From: Escherichia coli
GTDB taxonomy: Bacteria; Pseudomonadota; Gammaproteobacteria; Enterobacterales; Enterobacteriaceae
Assembly (NCBI RefSeq): GCF_044324785.1
Contig: NZ_CP172127.1
Reading direction: 5' to 3' (one strand)
DNA length: 64,000 bases
Position numbers and translations under genes: made by a program. This document shows positions 25,251 through 36,322 of the stretch, piece by piece (the first letter of the stretch is position 1; each line of letters starts with the position of its first letter). Below the pieces are notes generated by a model. It worked only from the letters and a program-made list of their open reading frames with translations, ran no database searches and had not been told where the DNA came from.

Positions 25251-25340
25251 GGCGGATGCGGCGTAAAACGCCTTATCCGCCCTACGCGTTAAAGAGACGG
25301 TTTGTAGGCCCGATAAGACGCACTAGCGTCGCATCAGGCC
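25251..25340. repeat. pair of REP elements (BIME-like) between mntH and ypeC
   Basis: ggcggatgcggcgtaaaacgccttatccgccctacg and gtaggcccgataagacgcactagcgtcgcatcaggcc. Confidence 0.7.
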
Positions 25341-25363
25341 TTGTGCTCCATTGGCAAATGTGT

Positions 25364-25690
25364 TTAATGGCGGTGTCCATGTCCGCGGCCTTTTCCGCGA
25401 TGATCGTCACGATCGCGCCAGCCTTCACGATAGCCACGCTCATACGCTTTACGCTTATCCCAGCCACGATGGTAGCCATTATCATGACGCCACCAGCGGT
25501 TTTTACGCCATTCATAATTGCGATGCCAGTAGTCACGGTCGCGCCAGTGACCACCGTCCCAGTAATTACCGTAATGATCGCGATCGCCAATTTGTAATTT
25601 GATTGATGGCAGTAGGGTGATTTCACCTGCGTTTGCCGCAAGCGGGGTAAATGCCATCAGGGCGGCCGCCAGAAACAGTGACCTGAACAT
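25364..25690 (-). CDS. ypeC: secreted Arg/Asp/Trp/His-rich small protein (DUF2502 type)
   Basis: 108 aa; signal peptide [21 protein letters not shown]; charged aromatic low-complexity tail ending [10 protein letters not shown]. Confidence 0.8.
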
Positions 25691-25804
25691 TGTTATTCTC
25701 CTTCACGATCGAAGCCGTCAGCGGCCTGTTAACGCAATATTACGGGGAGGTAAAGCCCCGTATCATCGCCATAACTCTTAAATCATAAAGGAGAGCATTT
25801 TTTG

Positions 25805-27061
25805 CTAAACGTTATCGTGGGGTGGCTGTTGCTTCGGACGATTGACCATCATCATCGGCTTACCTGCTAATAACAGCCATGCCGGAAGCATGACGATACA
25901 GAGCAGCGGTAGCAATGTGGTATTGGGTACAACGACTGCCGCCATAAAAAGACTTAACCAGCCATCGCGTGTTACCACCAGCACGATGCCGAGAATAGCG
26001 CAGGAAACGGTTATTGCCGCTGGAACGGCGGGAACGTGCTCATGCAGCATCAACCCTAATGCCACGCCGACAAACACTGCCGGGAAGATTCGCCCACCGC
26101 GAAAGCCACTGGCGGCAGCAACGACCAGGGCGGCAAGTTTAATTACCGCCAGCAAAAAGTAATCGCTGGTGCTGAAAGCCTGATTTGCCACCATCTGCTG
26201 CATCTCATCCAGCCCTTTAAACAGCGAAACTGGTCCACCAATAACCCCCAGAATACCGAGAATAAATCCGCCAATACCCAGCACGAGCACCGGATTTTTC
26301 ATTTGATGCATCATCGCGTGCAACCGTGGTAAGCACCATACGGCGACCATCCCTGCTGCGATGGCAATCGCCGCGACAATTGCACCGCTGAGAATATCGG
26401 TCATTTGCATCTGTCCGTAATGCGCAATGGGCAGTGAAAAATGAGGATGGAAAAATAATCCGGTAGTTAGTGCACCAGCTGCTGCCGCCATTAACGGCGC
26501 AAAGAGACGATCCCATAGCGGAACTTCACTACTGCCATTTAAGGTTTGCGAAAATATCAACGCCGCTGCAACAGGTGTGCCAAACAGCGCGCCGATGGTT
26601 CCGGCAGAGGATAAAATAGTCCACTCCATTCGGTTGACGCGCGGTAACAGACGAGCGCCAATGGCAACCGCAAGGGCGATATTGACGGTCATGATCGGAT
26701 GTTCTGGCCCCAGGCTGACGCCACCAGCAAGACCAAGAATTAATGCTACGATAAGTCCTGGTAGCGCAGAGGGCGGAACTGGTGCGCCGATCAGCGGTTC
26801 ACAGGCGGGGTCTGGTCCGGCATGACCCTGGCTGAAACGGATAACCAACCCCACTGCAATACCCGTTAGCGTTAATATACCGATGATCCAGAGAGGTGAA
26901 TCCTGGGCTATCCCCAGAGTTCCCGGCAGTCGTTGCCAGAGCAAATTCTGTAATACCGAGGCGATTTTCATCACCACAATCAGAATAAGACTGGACGCAA
27001 TCCCAATTGCCACGGCGGGGAGCGATAATAACAACATGGTTCTGGCTCGCGGATGGAGCAT
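25805..27061 (-). CDS. yfeO: ClC-like putative ion channel/transporter
   Basis: 418 aa polytopic membrane protein. Confidence 0.85.
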   Translation of the reverse strand: MLHPRARTMLLLSLPAVAIGIASSLILIVVMKIASVLQNLLWQRLPGTLGIAQDSPLWIIGILTLTGIAVGLVIRFSQGHAGPDPACEPLIGAPVPPSALPGLIVALILGLAGGVSLGPEHPIMTVNIALAVAIGARLLPRVNRMEWTILSSAGTIGALFGTPVAAALIFSQTLNGSSEVPLWDRLFAPLMAAAAGALTTGLFFHPHFSLPIAHYGQMQMTDILSGAIVAAIAIAAGMVAVWCLPRLHAMMHQMKNPVLVLGIGGFILGILGVIGGPVSLFKGLDEMQQMVANQAFSTSDYFLLAVIKLAALVVAAASGFRGGRIFPAVFVGVALGLMLHEHVPAVPAAITVSCAILGIVLVVTRDGWLSLFMAAVVVPNTTLLPLLCIVMLPAWLLLAGKPMMMVNRPKQQPPHDNV

Positions 27062-27264
27062 GTTCTATTCCTTATGCGGGGTCAGATACTTAGTTTGCCC
27101 AGCTTGCAAAAAGGCATCGCTGCAATTGGTGCTGAAACGATAAAGTAATTGTGTGACCCAGATCGATATTTACAGGGAGCCTGCCTTTCCGGCGTTGTTG
27201 TTATGCCCCCAGGTATTTACAGTGTGAGAAAGAATTATTTTGACTTTAGCGGAGCAGTTGAAGA

Positions 27265-28230
27265 ATGACAAAGTATGCATTAGTCGGTGATGTGGGCGGC
27301 ACCAACGCACGTCTTGCTCTGTGTGATATTGCCAGTGGTGAAATCTCGCAGGCTAAGACCTATTCAGGGCTTGATTACCCCAGCCTCGAAGCGGTCATTC
27401 GCGTTTATCTTGAAGAACATAAGGTCGAGGTGAAAGACGGCTGTATTGCCATCGCTTGCCCAATTACCGGTGACTGGGTGGCAATGACCAACCATACCTG
27501 GGCGTTCTCAATTGCCGAAATGAAAAAGAATCTCGGTTTTAGCCATCTGGAAATTATTAACGATTTTACCGCTGTATCGATGGCGATCCCGATGCTGAAA
27601 AAAGAGCATCTGATTCAGTTTGGTGGCGCAGAACCGGTCGAAGGTAAGCCTATTGCGGTTTACGGTGCCGGAACGGGGCTTGGGGTTGCGCATCTGGTCC
27701 ATGTAGATAAGCGTTGGGTAAGCTTGCCAGGCGAAGGCGGTCACGTTGATTTTGCGCCGAATAGTGAAGAAGAGGCCATTATCCTCGAAATACTGCGTGC
27801 AGAAATTGGTCATGTTTCGGCAGAGCGCGTGCTTTCTGGCCCAGGACTGGTGAATTTGTATCGCGCGATTGTGAAAGCCGACAACCGCCTGCCAGAAAAT
27901 CTCAAGCCAAAAGATATTACCGAACGCGCGCTGGCTGACAGCTGCACCGATTGCCGCCGCGCGTTGTCGCTGTTTTGCGTCATTATGGGCCGTTTTGGCG
28001 GCAATCTGGCGCTCAATCTCGGGACATTTGGCGGCGTGTTTATTGCGGGTGGTATCGTGCCGCGCTTCCTTGAGTTCTTCAAAGCCTCTGGTTTCCGTGC
28101 CGCATTTGAAGATAAAGGGCGCTTTAAAGAATATGTCCATGATATTCCGGTGTATCTCATCGTCCATGACAATCCGGGCCTTCTTGGTTCCGGTGCACAT
28201 TTACGCCAGACCTTAGGTCACATTCTGTAA
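27265..28230 (+). CDS. glk: glucokinase
   Basis: 321 aa, [21 protein letters not shown]... ROK/glucokinase ATP-binding motif. Confidence 0.96.
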   Translation: MTKYALVGDVGGTNARLALCDIASGEISQAKTYSGLDYPSLEAVIRVYLEEHKVEVKDGCIAIACPITGDWVAMTNHTWAFSIAEMKKNLGFSHLEIINDFTAVSMAIPMLKKEHLIQFGGAEPVEGKPIAVYGAGTGLGVAHLVHVDKRWVSLPGEGGHVDFAPNSEEEAIILEILRAEIGHVSAERVLSGPGLVNLYRAIVKADNRLPENLKPKDITERALADSCTDCRRALSLFCVIMGRFGGNLALNLGTFGGVFIAGGIVPRFLEFFKASGFRAAFEDKGRFKEYVHDIPVYLIVHDNPGLLGSGAHLRQTLGHIL

Positions 28231-28448
28231 CTCCTTCCTGTTATATCGGGAGATAACTCTCCCGATAATCTTTTAAATCATACAGTTAATTAAACTTTTC
28301 TTTGTGTCCCCTCACAAGGCCGACCTGCGTCACACTTCCGTACAGCGGGATTAATTCTCCAGTAAATGCATTATTTGTCTGGTAACGGCGATTTGTTTTG
28401 CACGTTCATAATTTCACTCGTCAACTATCACTGAACGAGGAATTAACG

Positions 28449-28775
28449 ATGAGTAAGAAACTGATTGCTTTATGTGCGTGCCCGATGGGCCTGGCTCACA
28501 CCTTTATGGCCGCTCAGGCGCTGGAAGAAGCGGCGGTAGAAGCCGGTTATGAAGTGAAAATTGAAACCCAGGGTGCGGACGGCATCCAGAATCGTCTGAC
28601 CGCGCAGGATATCGCCGAAGCGACCATCATCATCCACTCCGTGGCGGTTACGCCGGAAGATAACGAACGTTTCGAATCACGCGACGTTTATGAAATCACT
28701 TTGCAGGACGCAATTAAAAACGCTGCGGGCATCATCAAAGAAATCGAAGAGATGATTGCCTCTGAACAACAGTAA
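28449..28775 (+). CDS. fryB: PTS fructose-like EIIB component
   Basis: 108 aa from ATG 28449 (MSKKLIALCACPMGLAHTFMAAQ..., phosphorylatable Cys); SD gagg upstream. Confidence 0.88.
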   Translation: MSKKLIALCACPMGLAHTFMAAQALEEAAVEAGYEVKIETQGADGIQNRLTAQDIAEATIIIHSVAVTPEDNERFESRDVYEITLQDAIKNAAGIIKEIEEMIASEQQ

Positions 28776-28796
28776 TATTCGACAGGGATAATTGTT

Positions 28797-30044
28797 ATGG
28801 CCATTAAAAAACGCAGTGCAACCGTTGTGCCTGGCGCATCCGGTGCGGCAGCGGCAGTTAAGAATCCGCAGGCCTCTAAAAGCAGCTTCTGGGGTGAACT
28901 CTCGCAGCATGTGATGTCAGGGATTTCACGCATGGTGCCGACCTTAATTATGGGCGGTGTGATCCTCGCTTTCAGCCAGCTGATTGCTTATAGCTGGCTT
29001 AAAATTCCTGCTGATATCGGCATCATGGATGCTCTTAATAGCGGGAAATTCTCCGGTTTCGACCTCTCCTTACTGAAATTTGCCTGGTTGTCGCAGTCCT
29101 TCGGCGGCGTGTTGTTTGGTTTTGCCATTCCGATGTTTGCTGCATTTGTGGCGAACTCTATCGGTGGCAAACTGGCGTTCCCGGCTGGTTTTATCGGCGG
29201 GTTGATGTCTACCCAGCCGACGCAACTGCTGAACTTCGATCCCAGCACTATGCAATGGGCGACCTCTTCGCCGGTGCCGTCCACCTTCATTGGTGCCCTG
29301 ATTATTTCTATCGTTGCGGGTTACCTTGTGAAGTGGATGAACCAGAAAATCCAGTTACCGGATTTCCTGTTAGCGTTCAAAACCACATTTTTGCTACCGA
29401 TTCTTTCCGCCATTTTTGTCATGCTGGCGATGTACTACGTCATCACCCCCTTTGGTGGCTGGATCAACGGCGGTATCCGTACCGTGCTGACTGCCGCAGG
29501 TGAGAAGGGCGCGCTGATGTACGCGATGGGGATCGCCGCGGCGACAGCAATCGACCTTGGTGGCCCGATCAACAAAGCAGCTGGTTTCGTTGCCTTCAGC
29601 TTTACCACTGACCACGTATTACCGGTTACCGCGCGTTCCATCGCTATTGTTATTCCGCCGATTGGTCTGGGTCTGGCGACCATTATCGACCGCCGTTTAA
29701 CCGGCAAACGTCTGTTCAGTGCTCAGCTTTATCCGCAGGGTAAAACCGCCATGTTCCTGGCGTTTATGGGGATCAGTGAAGGTGCGATTCCGTTTGCGCT
29801 GGAAAGCCCCATTACCGCCATTCCGTCCTATATGGTCGGCGCGATTGTCGGCTCAACCGCCGCTGTCTGGCTGGGCGCAGTGCAATGGTTCCCGGAGTCC
29901 GCTATCTGGGCATGGCCGCTGGTCACTAACCTCGGCGTCTACATGGCGGGGATCGCGCTGGGGGCAGTCATTACTGCGCTGATGGTGGTGTTCCTGCGTC
30001 TGATGATGTTCCGTAAAGGCAAATTGTTAATCGATAGCCTGTAA
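28797..30044 (+). CDS. fryC: PTS fructose-like EIIC permease
   Basis: 415 aa polytopic membrane protein immediately after fryB. Confidence 0.9.
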   Translation: MAIKKRSATVVPGASGAAAAVKNPQASKSSFWGELSQHVMSGISRMVPTLIMGGVILAFSQLIAYSWLKIPADIGIMDALNSGKFSGFDLSLLKFAWLSQSFGGVLFGFAIPMFAAFVANSIGGKLAFPAGFIGGLMSTQPTQLLNFDPSTMQWATSSPVPSTFIGALIISIVAGYLVKWMNQKIQLPDFLLAFKTTFLLPILSAIFVMLAMYYVITPFGGWINGGIRTVLTAAGEKGALMYAMGIAAATAIDLGGPINKAAGFVAFSFTTDHVLPVTARSIAIVIPPIGLGLATIIDRRLTGKRLFSAQLYPQGKTAMFLAFMGISEGAIPFALESPITAIPSYMVGAIVGSTAAVWLGAVQWFPESAIWAWPLVTNLGVYMAGIALGAVITALMVVFLRLMMFRKGKLLIDSL

Positions 30045-30058
30045 GAAGGAAAATCCAG

Positions 30059-31144
30059 ATGACATTACTCGCTTCGCTGCGTGACTGGCTTAAGGCGCAA
30101 CAACTGGATGCGGTGCTTCTCTCCTCACGGCAGAACAAACAGCCGCATCTGGGGATCTCCACCGGATCAGGCTATGTGGTGATTAGCCGTGAAAGTGCGC
30201 ACATTCTGGTGGACTCGCGCTATTACGCGGATGTCGAAGCCCGCACGCAAGGTTACCAGCTACATTTGCTTGACGCGACACACACGCTTGCAACCATCGT
30301 CAATAAAATCATTGCCGATGAGCAGTTGCAAACGCTCGGTTTTGAAGGCCAGCAGGTAAATTGGGAAACCGCGCACCGCTGGCAGTCTGAACTCAATGCG
30401 AAACTGGTAAGCGCCACGCCGGATGTGCTGCGGCAAATCAAAACGCCAGAGGAGGTGGAGAAAATCCGCCTCGCCTGTGGGATTGCCGATCGCGGAGCGG
30501 AGCATATTCGCCGCTTTATTCAGGCGGGGATGAGCGAATGCGAGATTGCTGCTGAACTGGAGTGGTTTATGCGCCAGCAGGGCGCAGAAAAAGCCTCTTT
30601 CGATACCATTGTCGCCAGTGGCTGGCGTGGGGCGCTGCCGCACGGCAAAGCCAGCGACAAGATTGTTGCAGCGGGCGAGTTTGTCACTCTCGATTTCGGT
30701 GCGCTGTATCAGGGCTACTGCTCTGATATGACGCGTACCTTGCTGGTGAATGGCGAAGGGGTGAGCGCCGAATCTCACCCGCTGTTTGACGTCTATCAGA
30801 TTGTCCTGCAGGCACAGCTCGCAGCAATCTCCGCGATTCGCCCCGGCGTGCGCTGCCAGCAGGTTGACGATGCCGCGCGCCGGGTCATTACAGAAGCAGG
30901 TTATGGCGACTATTTCGGTCATAACACCGGTCACGCTATCGGCATTGAAGTCCATGAAGATCCGCGTTTTTCACCGCGGGACACCACGACGCTACAGCCA
31001 GGCATGTTGCTGACCGTGGAGCCGGGGATTTATTTGCCAGGGCAAGGGGGCGTGCGCATCGAAGATGTTGTGCTGGTCACCCCGCAAGGCGTAGAAGTGC
31101 TCTACGCCATGCCGAAAACAGTGTTGCTCACGGGAGAGGCATAA
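30059..31144 (+). CDS. ypdF: Xaa-Pro aminopeptidase (M24 family)
   Basis: 361 aa; M24 metal-binding residues ([13 protein letters not shown]); stop overlaps ypdE start. Confidence 0.88.
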   Translation: MTLLASLRDWLKAQQLDAVLLSSRQNKQPHLGISTGSGYVVISRESAHILVDSRYYADVEARTQGYQLHLLDATHTLATIVNKIIADEQLQTLGFEGQQVNWETAHRWQSELNAKLVSATPDVLRQIKTPEEVEKIRLACGIADRGAEHIRRFIQAGMSECEIAAELEWFMRQQGAEKASFDTIVASGWRGALPHGKASDKIVAAGEFVTLDFGALYQGYCSDMTRTLLVNGEGVSAESHPLFDVYQIVLQAQLAAISAIRPGVRCQQVDDAARRVITEAGYGDYFGHNTGHAIGIEVHEDPRFSPRDTTTLQPGMLLTVEPGIYLPGQGGVRIEDVVLVTPQGVEVLYAMPKTVLLTGEA

Positions 31145-32181
31145 TGGATTTATCGCTATTAAAAGCGTTGAGCGAGGCAGATGCGATCGCCTCCTCGGAA
31201 CAGGAAGTACGGCAGATCCTGCTGGAAGAAGCGGATCTCCTGCAAAAAGAAGTGCGATTTGACGGCCTGGGATCGGTGCTGATCCGCCTCAATGAATCGA
31301 CAGGTCCGAAGGTGATGATCTGTGCGCATATGGATGAAGTGGGATTTATGGTGCGCAGCATCTCCCGCGAAGGGGCGATTGATGTGCTGCCAGTTGGCAA
31401 CGTGCGCATGGCTGCCCGCCAGCTGCAGCCGGTGCGTATCACCACCCGTGAAGAGTGCAAAATTCCCGGTCTGCTTGATGGCGACCGGCAGGGAAATGAC
31501 GTCAGCACCATGCGCGTGGACATTGGCGCTCGCTCGTATGACGAAGTGATGCAGGCGGGAATTCGTCCAGGCGATCGCGTCACCTTTGATACCACTTTTC
31601 AGGTTCTCCCTCACCAGCGGGTAATGGGGAAAGCGTTTGATGATCGCCTCGGTTGCTACCTGCTGGTGACGTTACTGCGCGAACTACACAGCGCCGAACT
31701 GCCTGCGGAAGTGTGGCTGGTGGCCACCTCCAGCGAAGAGGTGGGATTACGCGGCGGGCAAACCGCTACCCGTGCGGTTTCACCGGACGTTGCGATTGTG
31801 CTGGATACCGCCTGCTGGGCGAAAAACTTTGATTATGGCGCGGCTAACCATCGCCAGATTGGTAACGGGCCGATGCTGGTATTAAGCGACAAGTCGCTGA
31901 TTGCGCCGCCAAAACTTACCGCGTGGATTGAAACCGTGGCGGCAGAAATTGGCGTACCGTTGCAGGCGGATATGTTCAGCAACGGCGGCACAGATGGCGG
32001 AGCGGTGCATTTAACCGGCACCGGCGTGCCCACGGTGGTGATGGGGCCAGCGACGCGCCACGGACATTGTGCGGCATCGATTGCCGATTGCCGCGACATT
32101 TTGCAGATGCAGCAACTTTTATCTGCCCTTATTCAACGTCTTACCCGTGAGACGGTTGTTCAACTGACGGATTTCAGATGA
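31144..32181 (+). CDS. ypdE: M42-family aminopeptidase
   Basis: 345 aa, FrvX/M42 glutamyl aminopeptidase-like. Confidence 0.88.
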   Translation: MDLSLLKALSEADAIASSEQEVRQILLEEADLLQKEVRFDGLGSVLIRLNESTGPKVMICAHMDEVGFMVRSISREGAIDVLPVGNVRMAARQLQPVRITTREECKIPGLLDGDRQGNDVSTMRVDIGARSYDEVMQAGIRPGDRVTFDTTFQVLPHQRVMGKAFDDRLGCYLLVTLLRELHSAELPAEVWLVATSSEEVGLRGGQTATRAVSPDVAIVLDTACWAKNFDYGAANHRQIGNGPMLVLSDKSLIAPPKLTAWIETVAAEIGVPLQADMFSNGGTDGGAVHLTGTGVPTVVMGPATRHGHCAASIADCRDILQMQQLLSALIQRLTRETVVQLTDFR

Positions 32182-32205
32182 TCTCCTGATTAACCCGGAG
32201 CGGTT

Positions 32206-34701
32206 ATGTTAACGATTCAATTTCTCTGTCCTTTGCCTAACGGTATTCATGCTCGTCCGGCGTGGGAACTTAAAGAACAGTGCAGCCAGTGGCAAAGCGA
32301 AATCACTTTTATTAACCATCGCCAGAACGCAAAGGCCGATGCGAAAAGTTCGCTGGCGCTGATTGGCACCGGCACTTTATTTAATGACAGTTGCAGCCTG
32401 AACATCAGCGGCAGCGATGAAGAACAGGCGCGGCGCGTGCTGGAAGAGTACATCCAGGTGCGCTTTATCGACAGCGACAGCATTCAGCCGACGCAGGCAG
32501 AACTGACGGCGCATCCGCTACCGCGTTCATTAAGCCGTCTGAATCCTGATTTACTGTACGGCAATGTGCTGGCAAGCGGTGTCGGCGTGGGTACGCTGAC
32601 CCTGTTACAGAGCGACAGCCTCGACAGTTATCGGGCAATCCCGGCCAGTGCGCAAGACTCCACCCGGCTGGAGCACAGCCTGGCAACGCTTGCCGAGCAA
32701 CTGAACCAGCAACTGCGCGAGCGTGACGGCGAAAGCAAAACTATCCTCAGCGCCCATTTGTCGCTGATCCAGGATGATGAATTTGCAGGCAATATCCGTC
32801 ACCTGATGGCAGAACAGCATCAGGGGCTGGGGGCGGCGATCATCAGCAATATGGAGCAGGTTTGTGCCAAACTTTCTGCTTCTGCCAGCGATTATCTGCG
32901 CGAGCGGGTCAGCGACATTCGCGATATCAGCGAACAGTTACTGCATATCACCTGGCCGGAACTAAAACCGCGCAATAATCTGGTGCTTGAAAAACCGACT
33001 ATTCTGGTGGCTGAAGATTTAACCCCAAGCCAGTTTTTGAGCCTCGATTTACAAAATCTTGCGGGCATGATTCTGGAGAAAACCGGGCGCACCTCGCATA
33101 CCCTGATTCTGGCCCGCGCCTCGGCGATCCCGGTTCTTAGCGGCTTGCCGCTGGATGCGATTGCCCGTTATGCCGGGCAACCGGCGGTGCTTGACGCCCA
33201 GTGCGGCGTGCTGGCGATTAACCCGAATGACGCGGTGAGCGGTTATTATCAGGTCGCGCAGACGCTGGCGGATAAACGCCAAAAACAACAGGCGCAGGCC
33301 GCCGCGCAGCTGGCCTATTCCCGTGATAACAAGCGTATTGATATTGCGGCGAATATCGGCACCGCTCTGGAAGCGCCAGGCGCGTTTGCTAACGGCGCGG
33401 AAGGTGTTGGGCTGTTCCGTACCGAAATGCTCTATATGGATCGCGACAGCGCGCCGGACGAGCAGGAGCAATTTGAAGCCTACCAGCAGGTGCTACTGGC
33501 GGCGGGCGACAAGCCGATTATCTTCCGCACGATGGACATCGGCGGCGATAAAAGCATTCCTTATCTGAATATTCCCCAGGAAGAGAACCCGTTCCTCGGC
33601 TATCGCGCGGTACGTATTTACCCGGAATTTGCTGGCCTGTTCCGCACTCAACTGCGGGCCATTTTGCGCGCCGCCAGTTTCGGCAACGCCCAGTTGATGA
33701 TCCCAATGGTTCACAGCCTCGATCAGATCTTATGGGTGAAGGGCGAGATCCAAAAAGCGATCGTTGAGCTTAAGCGCGATGGCCTGCGTCATGCAGAGAT
33801 GATTACGCTGGGTATCATGGTGGAAGTGCCGTCGGTGTGCTACATCATCGACCACTTCTGCGATGAGGTCGATTTCTTCAGTATCGGTTCTAACGATATG
33901 ACCCAGTATCTGTATGCGGTCGATCGTAATAACCCGCGCGTATCGCCGCTGTATAACCCGATTACGCCATCGTTCCTGCGCATGTTGCAGCAAATAGTTA
34001 CCACTGCGCATCAGCGGGGCAAATGGGTAGGCATTTGCGGTGAACTGGGCGGTGAAAGCCGTTATCTGCCGCTACTGCTTGGGCTGGGCCTGGATGAGCT
34101 GAGTATGAGTAGCCCGCGCATTCCGGCGGTGAAAAGCCAGCTTCGTCAACTGGATAGCGAGGCGTGTCGGGAACTGGCACGTCAGGCGTGTGAATGTCGC
34201 AGCGCGCAGGAAATTGAAGCGTTACTCACCGCCTTTACGCCGGAAGAAGACGTTCGCCCGCTGCTGGCGCTGGAGAATATCTTCGTTGATCAGGCCTTTA
34301 GTAATAAAGAGCAGGCGATCCAGTTCCTGTGTGGCAACCTCGGCGTTAACGGGCGCACGGAACATCCGTTTGAGCTGGAAGAGGATGTCTGGCAGCGGGA
34401 AGAGATTGTCACCACCGGCGTTGGTTTTGGCGTGGCGATCCCGCACACCAAATCGCAGTGGATCCGTCATTCCAGTATCAGCATTGCCCGGCTGGCGAAA
34501 CCGGTTGACTGGCAGTCAGAAATGGGCGAAGTCGAACTGGTGATCATGCTGACGCTGGGTGCTAACGAAGGGATGAATCATGTGAAAGTCTTCTCGCAGC
34601 TGGCGCGTAAACTGGTGAATAAAAACTTCCGCCAGTCGTTGTTTGCCGCGCAAGATGCACAAAGTATCCTGACGCTGCTGGAAACAGAATTAACCTTCTG
34701 A
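32206..34701 (+). CDS. fryA: PTS multiphosphoryl transfer protein (HPr-like - enzyme I-like - EIIA-like fusion)
   Basis: 831 aa; N-terminal HPr-like (GIHARPA), central EI-like PEP-utilising domain, C-terminal EIIA(Fru)-like; synonym ypdD. Confidence 0.9.
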   Translation: MLTIQFLCPLPNGIHARPAWELKEQCSQWQSEITFINHRQNAKADAKSSLALIGTGTLFNDSCSLNISGSDEEQARRVLEEYIQVRFIDSDSIQPTQAELTAHPLPRSLSRLNPDLLYGNVLASGVGVGTLTLLQSDSLDSYRAIPASAQDSTRLEHSLATLAEQLNQQLRERDGESKTILSAHLSLIQDDEFAGNIRHLMAEQHQGLGAAIISNMEQVCAKLSASASDYLRERVSDIRDISEQLLHITWPELKPRNNLVLEKPTILVAEDLTPSQFLSLDLQNLAGMILEKTGRTSHTLILARASAIPVLSGLPLDAIARYAGQPAVLDAQCGVLAINPNDAVSGYYQVAQTLADKRQKQQAQAAAQLAYSRDNKRIDIAANIGTALEAPGAFANGAEGVGLFRTEMLYMDRDSAPDEQEQFEAYQQVLLAAGDKPIIFRTMDIGGDKSIPYLNIPQEENPFLGYRAVRIYPEFAGLFRTQLRAILRAASFGNAQLMIPMVHSLDQILWVKGEIQKAIVELKRDGLRHAEMITLGIMVEVPSVCYIIDHFCDEVDFFSIGSNDMTQYLYAVDRNNPRVSPLYNPITPSFLRMLQQIVTTAHQRGKWVGICGELGGESRYLPLLLGLGLDELSMSSPRIPAVKSQLRQLDSEACRELARQACECRSAQEIEALLTAFTPEEDVRPLLALENIFVDQAFSNKEQAIQFLCGNLGVNGRTEHPFELEEDVWQREEIVTTGVGFGVAIPHTKSQWIRHSSISIARLAKPVDWQSEMGEVELVIMLTLGANEGMNHVKVFSQLARKLVNKNFRQSLFAAQDAQSILTLLETELTF

Positions 34702-34703
34702 CG

Positions 34704-35561
34704 TTAGCCCTGAAAACGGGCGCTGTACTCTCCCGGCGTCAGACCAAACTGACGCCGGAAAACGCGACAAAAATAGTCGCTATCCGGAAAACCGCAACGC
34801 TGCGCCACTTCATGAATCGACAGATGATATTTCTGCAAAATCATCCTCGCCTTCGCCATTCGCACCCAACGCACATATTCGATAAAACGCATTGTTCCAT
34901 GCTGCGCAAACAGTTTTGACAGATGATTGGGCGTGATATTAAAAAACAGCGCCACGCTCTCACGGGTGAGCGGCTGGGCATAATTATCCTGAACCCAGTT
35001 ACAAATGCTGTGATAAAGAAAATCGCCGCGCGGCTGCGAATTGCCCGGCGGCATATTCACCACGTTACGGCAAAGATGCAGCAAACTTAACACCAGCGGC
35101 TGAATGATATTCTGCTCCAGCGGCGAACGGCTAAGATGGGTGAGTGCAGTAAGCATTGCTTCACCTTCGCCGCGTTGCAGGCTGGGAAGTTGGATCTGGC
35201 GAGCAGGATGCAACAACGACGTGGTGCGGCTATCGTAAAACGATAACCCAAGCCAGGTCGGTGCGAACACCAGGCTTAACAGCATCACCGGTTTGTTGTT
35301 GATCGGTAAATTAGCCGCGCGCGCTGGAATAAACAGCATTTCTCCTTCAACCATACGTTGCTGCTTTGCTTCCAGCAGATTGCCGTATTCGCCGCGCAGC
35401 ACGATATCCAGACGGGGAAAATCAATACATAAACTGCCCACCGGTAACGAGGCAGGCTGGCTGGCAAACCAGACGCGCCCCAGTAGTTGCGGGTTAAGCA
35501 CCAGGCCGCTGAACAGATCGGCGAAAAATTGTTGATCGGCGGGCAAGCCTGGTGCTTTCAT
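34704..35561 (-). CDS. ypdC: AraC-family transcriptional regulator
   Basis: 285 aa with C-terminal AraC-type HTH. Confidence 0.85.
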   Translation of the reverse strand: MKAPGLPADQQFFADLFSGLVLNPQLLGRVWFASQPASLPVGSLCIDFPRLDIVLRGEYGNLLEAKQQRMVEGEMLFIPARAANLPINNKPVMLLSLVFAPTWLGLSFYDSRTTSLLHPARQIQLPSLQRGEGEAMLTALTHLSRSPLEQNIIQPLVLSLLHLCRNVVNMPPGNSQPRGDFLYHSICNWVQDNYAQPLTRESVALFFNITPNHLSKLFAQHGTMRFIEYVRWVRMAKARMILQKYHLSIHEVAQRCGFPDSDYFCRVFRRQFGLTPGEYSARFQG

Positions 35562-35573
35562 GAAAGTTCCCGA

Positions 35574-36308
35574 TTAAAGATGCATTAACTGGCGGAATTC
35601 TTTAACTTTGCTGCGGCTGACCGGCACTTCAAAATCCAGATCTTTCAGCCGCAGAATATAGGTGTTATTAAACCACGGTTCGATCTCGCGGATTTTGTTC
35701 AGATTGACACAAAATGAGCGATGGCAGCGGAAAAAATGCGACGGCGGCAGCTTGCTGCAAAACTCGGTAATGTTCATCGGCATTACGTAGGATTCACGCC
35801 GCGTATAGACAAAGGTCATTTTCTCGTGCGCTTCGGCGTAATAGATATCGTTAATTGGCGTGACAATGATTCGCTCATCTTTCACCAGATTAATGGTGTC
35901 ATTCTCACGCGTTACCGTCGCGGCAGGCGTACTGCTGGTCTGCTGTTGTTGCCAGGCTGCTTCCAGTTTTTGCAGCATCCCGGTAATGCGTGACTCCTGA
36001 TACGGTTTGAGAATGTAGTCAAACGCTTCCAGTTCAAATGCTTCTACCGCATGTTCTTTCCACGCGGTGATGAACACAATAAACGGTTTATGGGCGAACT
36101 GGCTGATGTTTTGCGCCAGCAACACGCCATCCAGCGACGGAATATTGATATCCAGAAAAATGGCGTCGACGCGGTTATGCTGCAAAAACTTCAACACGTC
36201 CAGACCGTCGTCAAAGGTGCCGACAATCTCCATCTGGCTGTGCTCTTTAATTAGCCAGCTCAGTTCCTGTTGTGCCAGGAATTCGTCTTCAACAATGATG
36301 ACTTTCAC
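35574..36308 (-). CDS. ypdB: LytTR-family response regulator
   Basis: Receiver domain plus LytTR DNA-binding domain; GTG start at 36308 (VKVIIVEDE...) gives 244 aa and sits 14 nt after ypdA stop; ATG at 36326 overlaps ypdA. Confidence 0.85.
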   Translation of the reverse strand: MKVIIVEDEFLAQQELSWLIKEHSQMEIVGTFDDGLDVLKFLQHNRVDAIFLDINIPSLDGVLLAQNISQFAHKPFIVFITAWKEHAVEAFELEAFDYILKPYQESRITGMLQKLEAAWQQQQTSSTPAATVTRENDTINLVKDERIIVTPINDIYYAEAHEKMTFVYTRRESYVMPMNITEFCSKLPPSHFFRCHRSFCVNLNKIREIEPWFNNTYILRLKDLDFEVPVSRSKVKEFRQLMHL

Positions 36309-36322
36309 AATATCACTCCGGC

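Noticed and set aside
25256-25641. Two mutually antisense ~115-aa ORFs (25256-25597 +, 25282-25641 -)
   Set aside because: Overlap REP elements and ypeC; they arise from the repetitive Arg/Asp/Trp/His codons of ypeC
27508-28200. 230-aa minus-strand ORF
   Set aside because: Antisense to glk; shadow ORF
30260-30955. 231-aa minus-strand ORF
   Set aside because: Antisense within ypdF; shadow ORF
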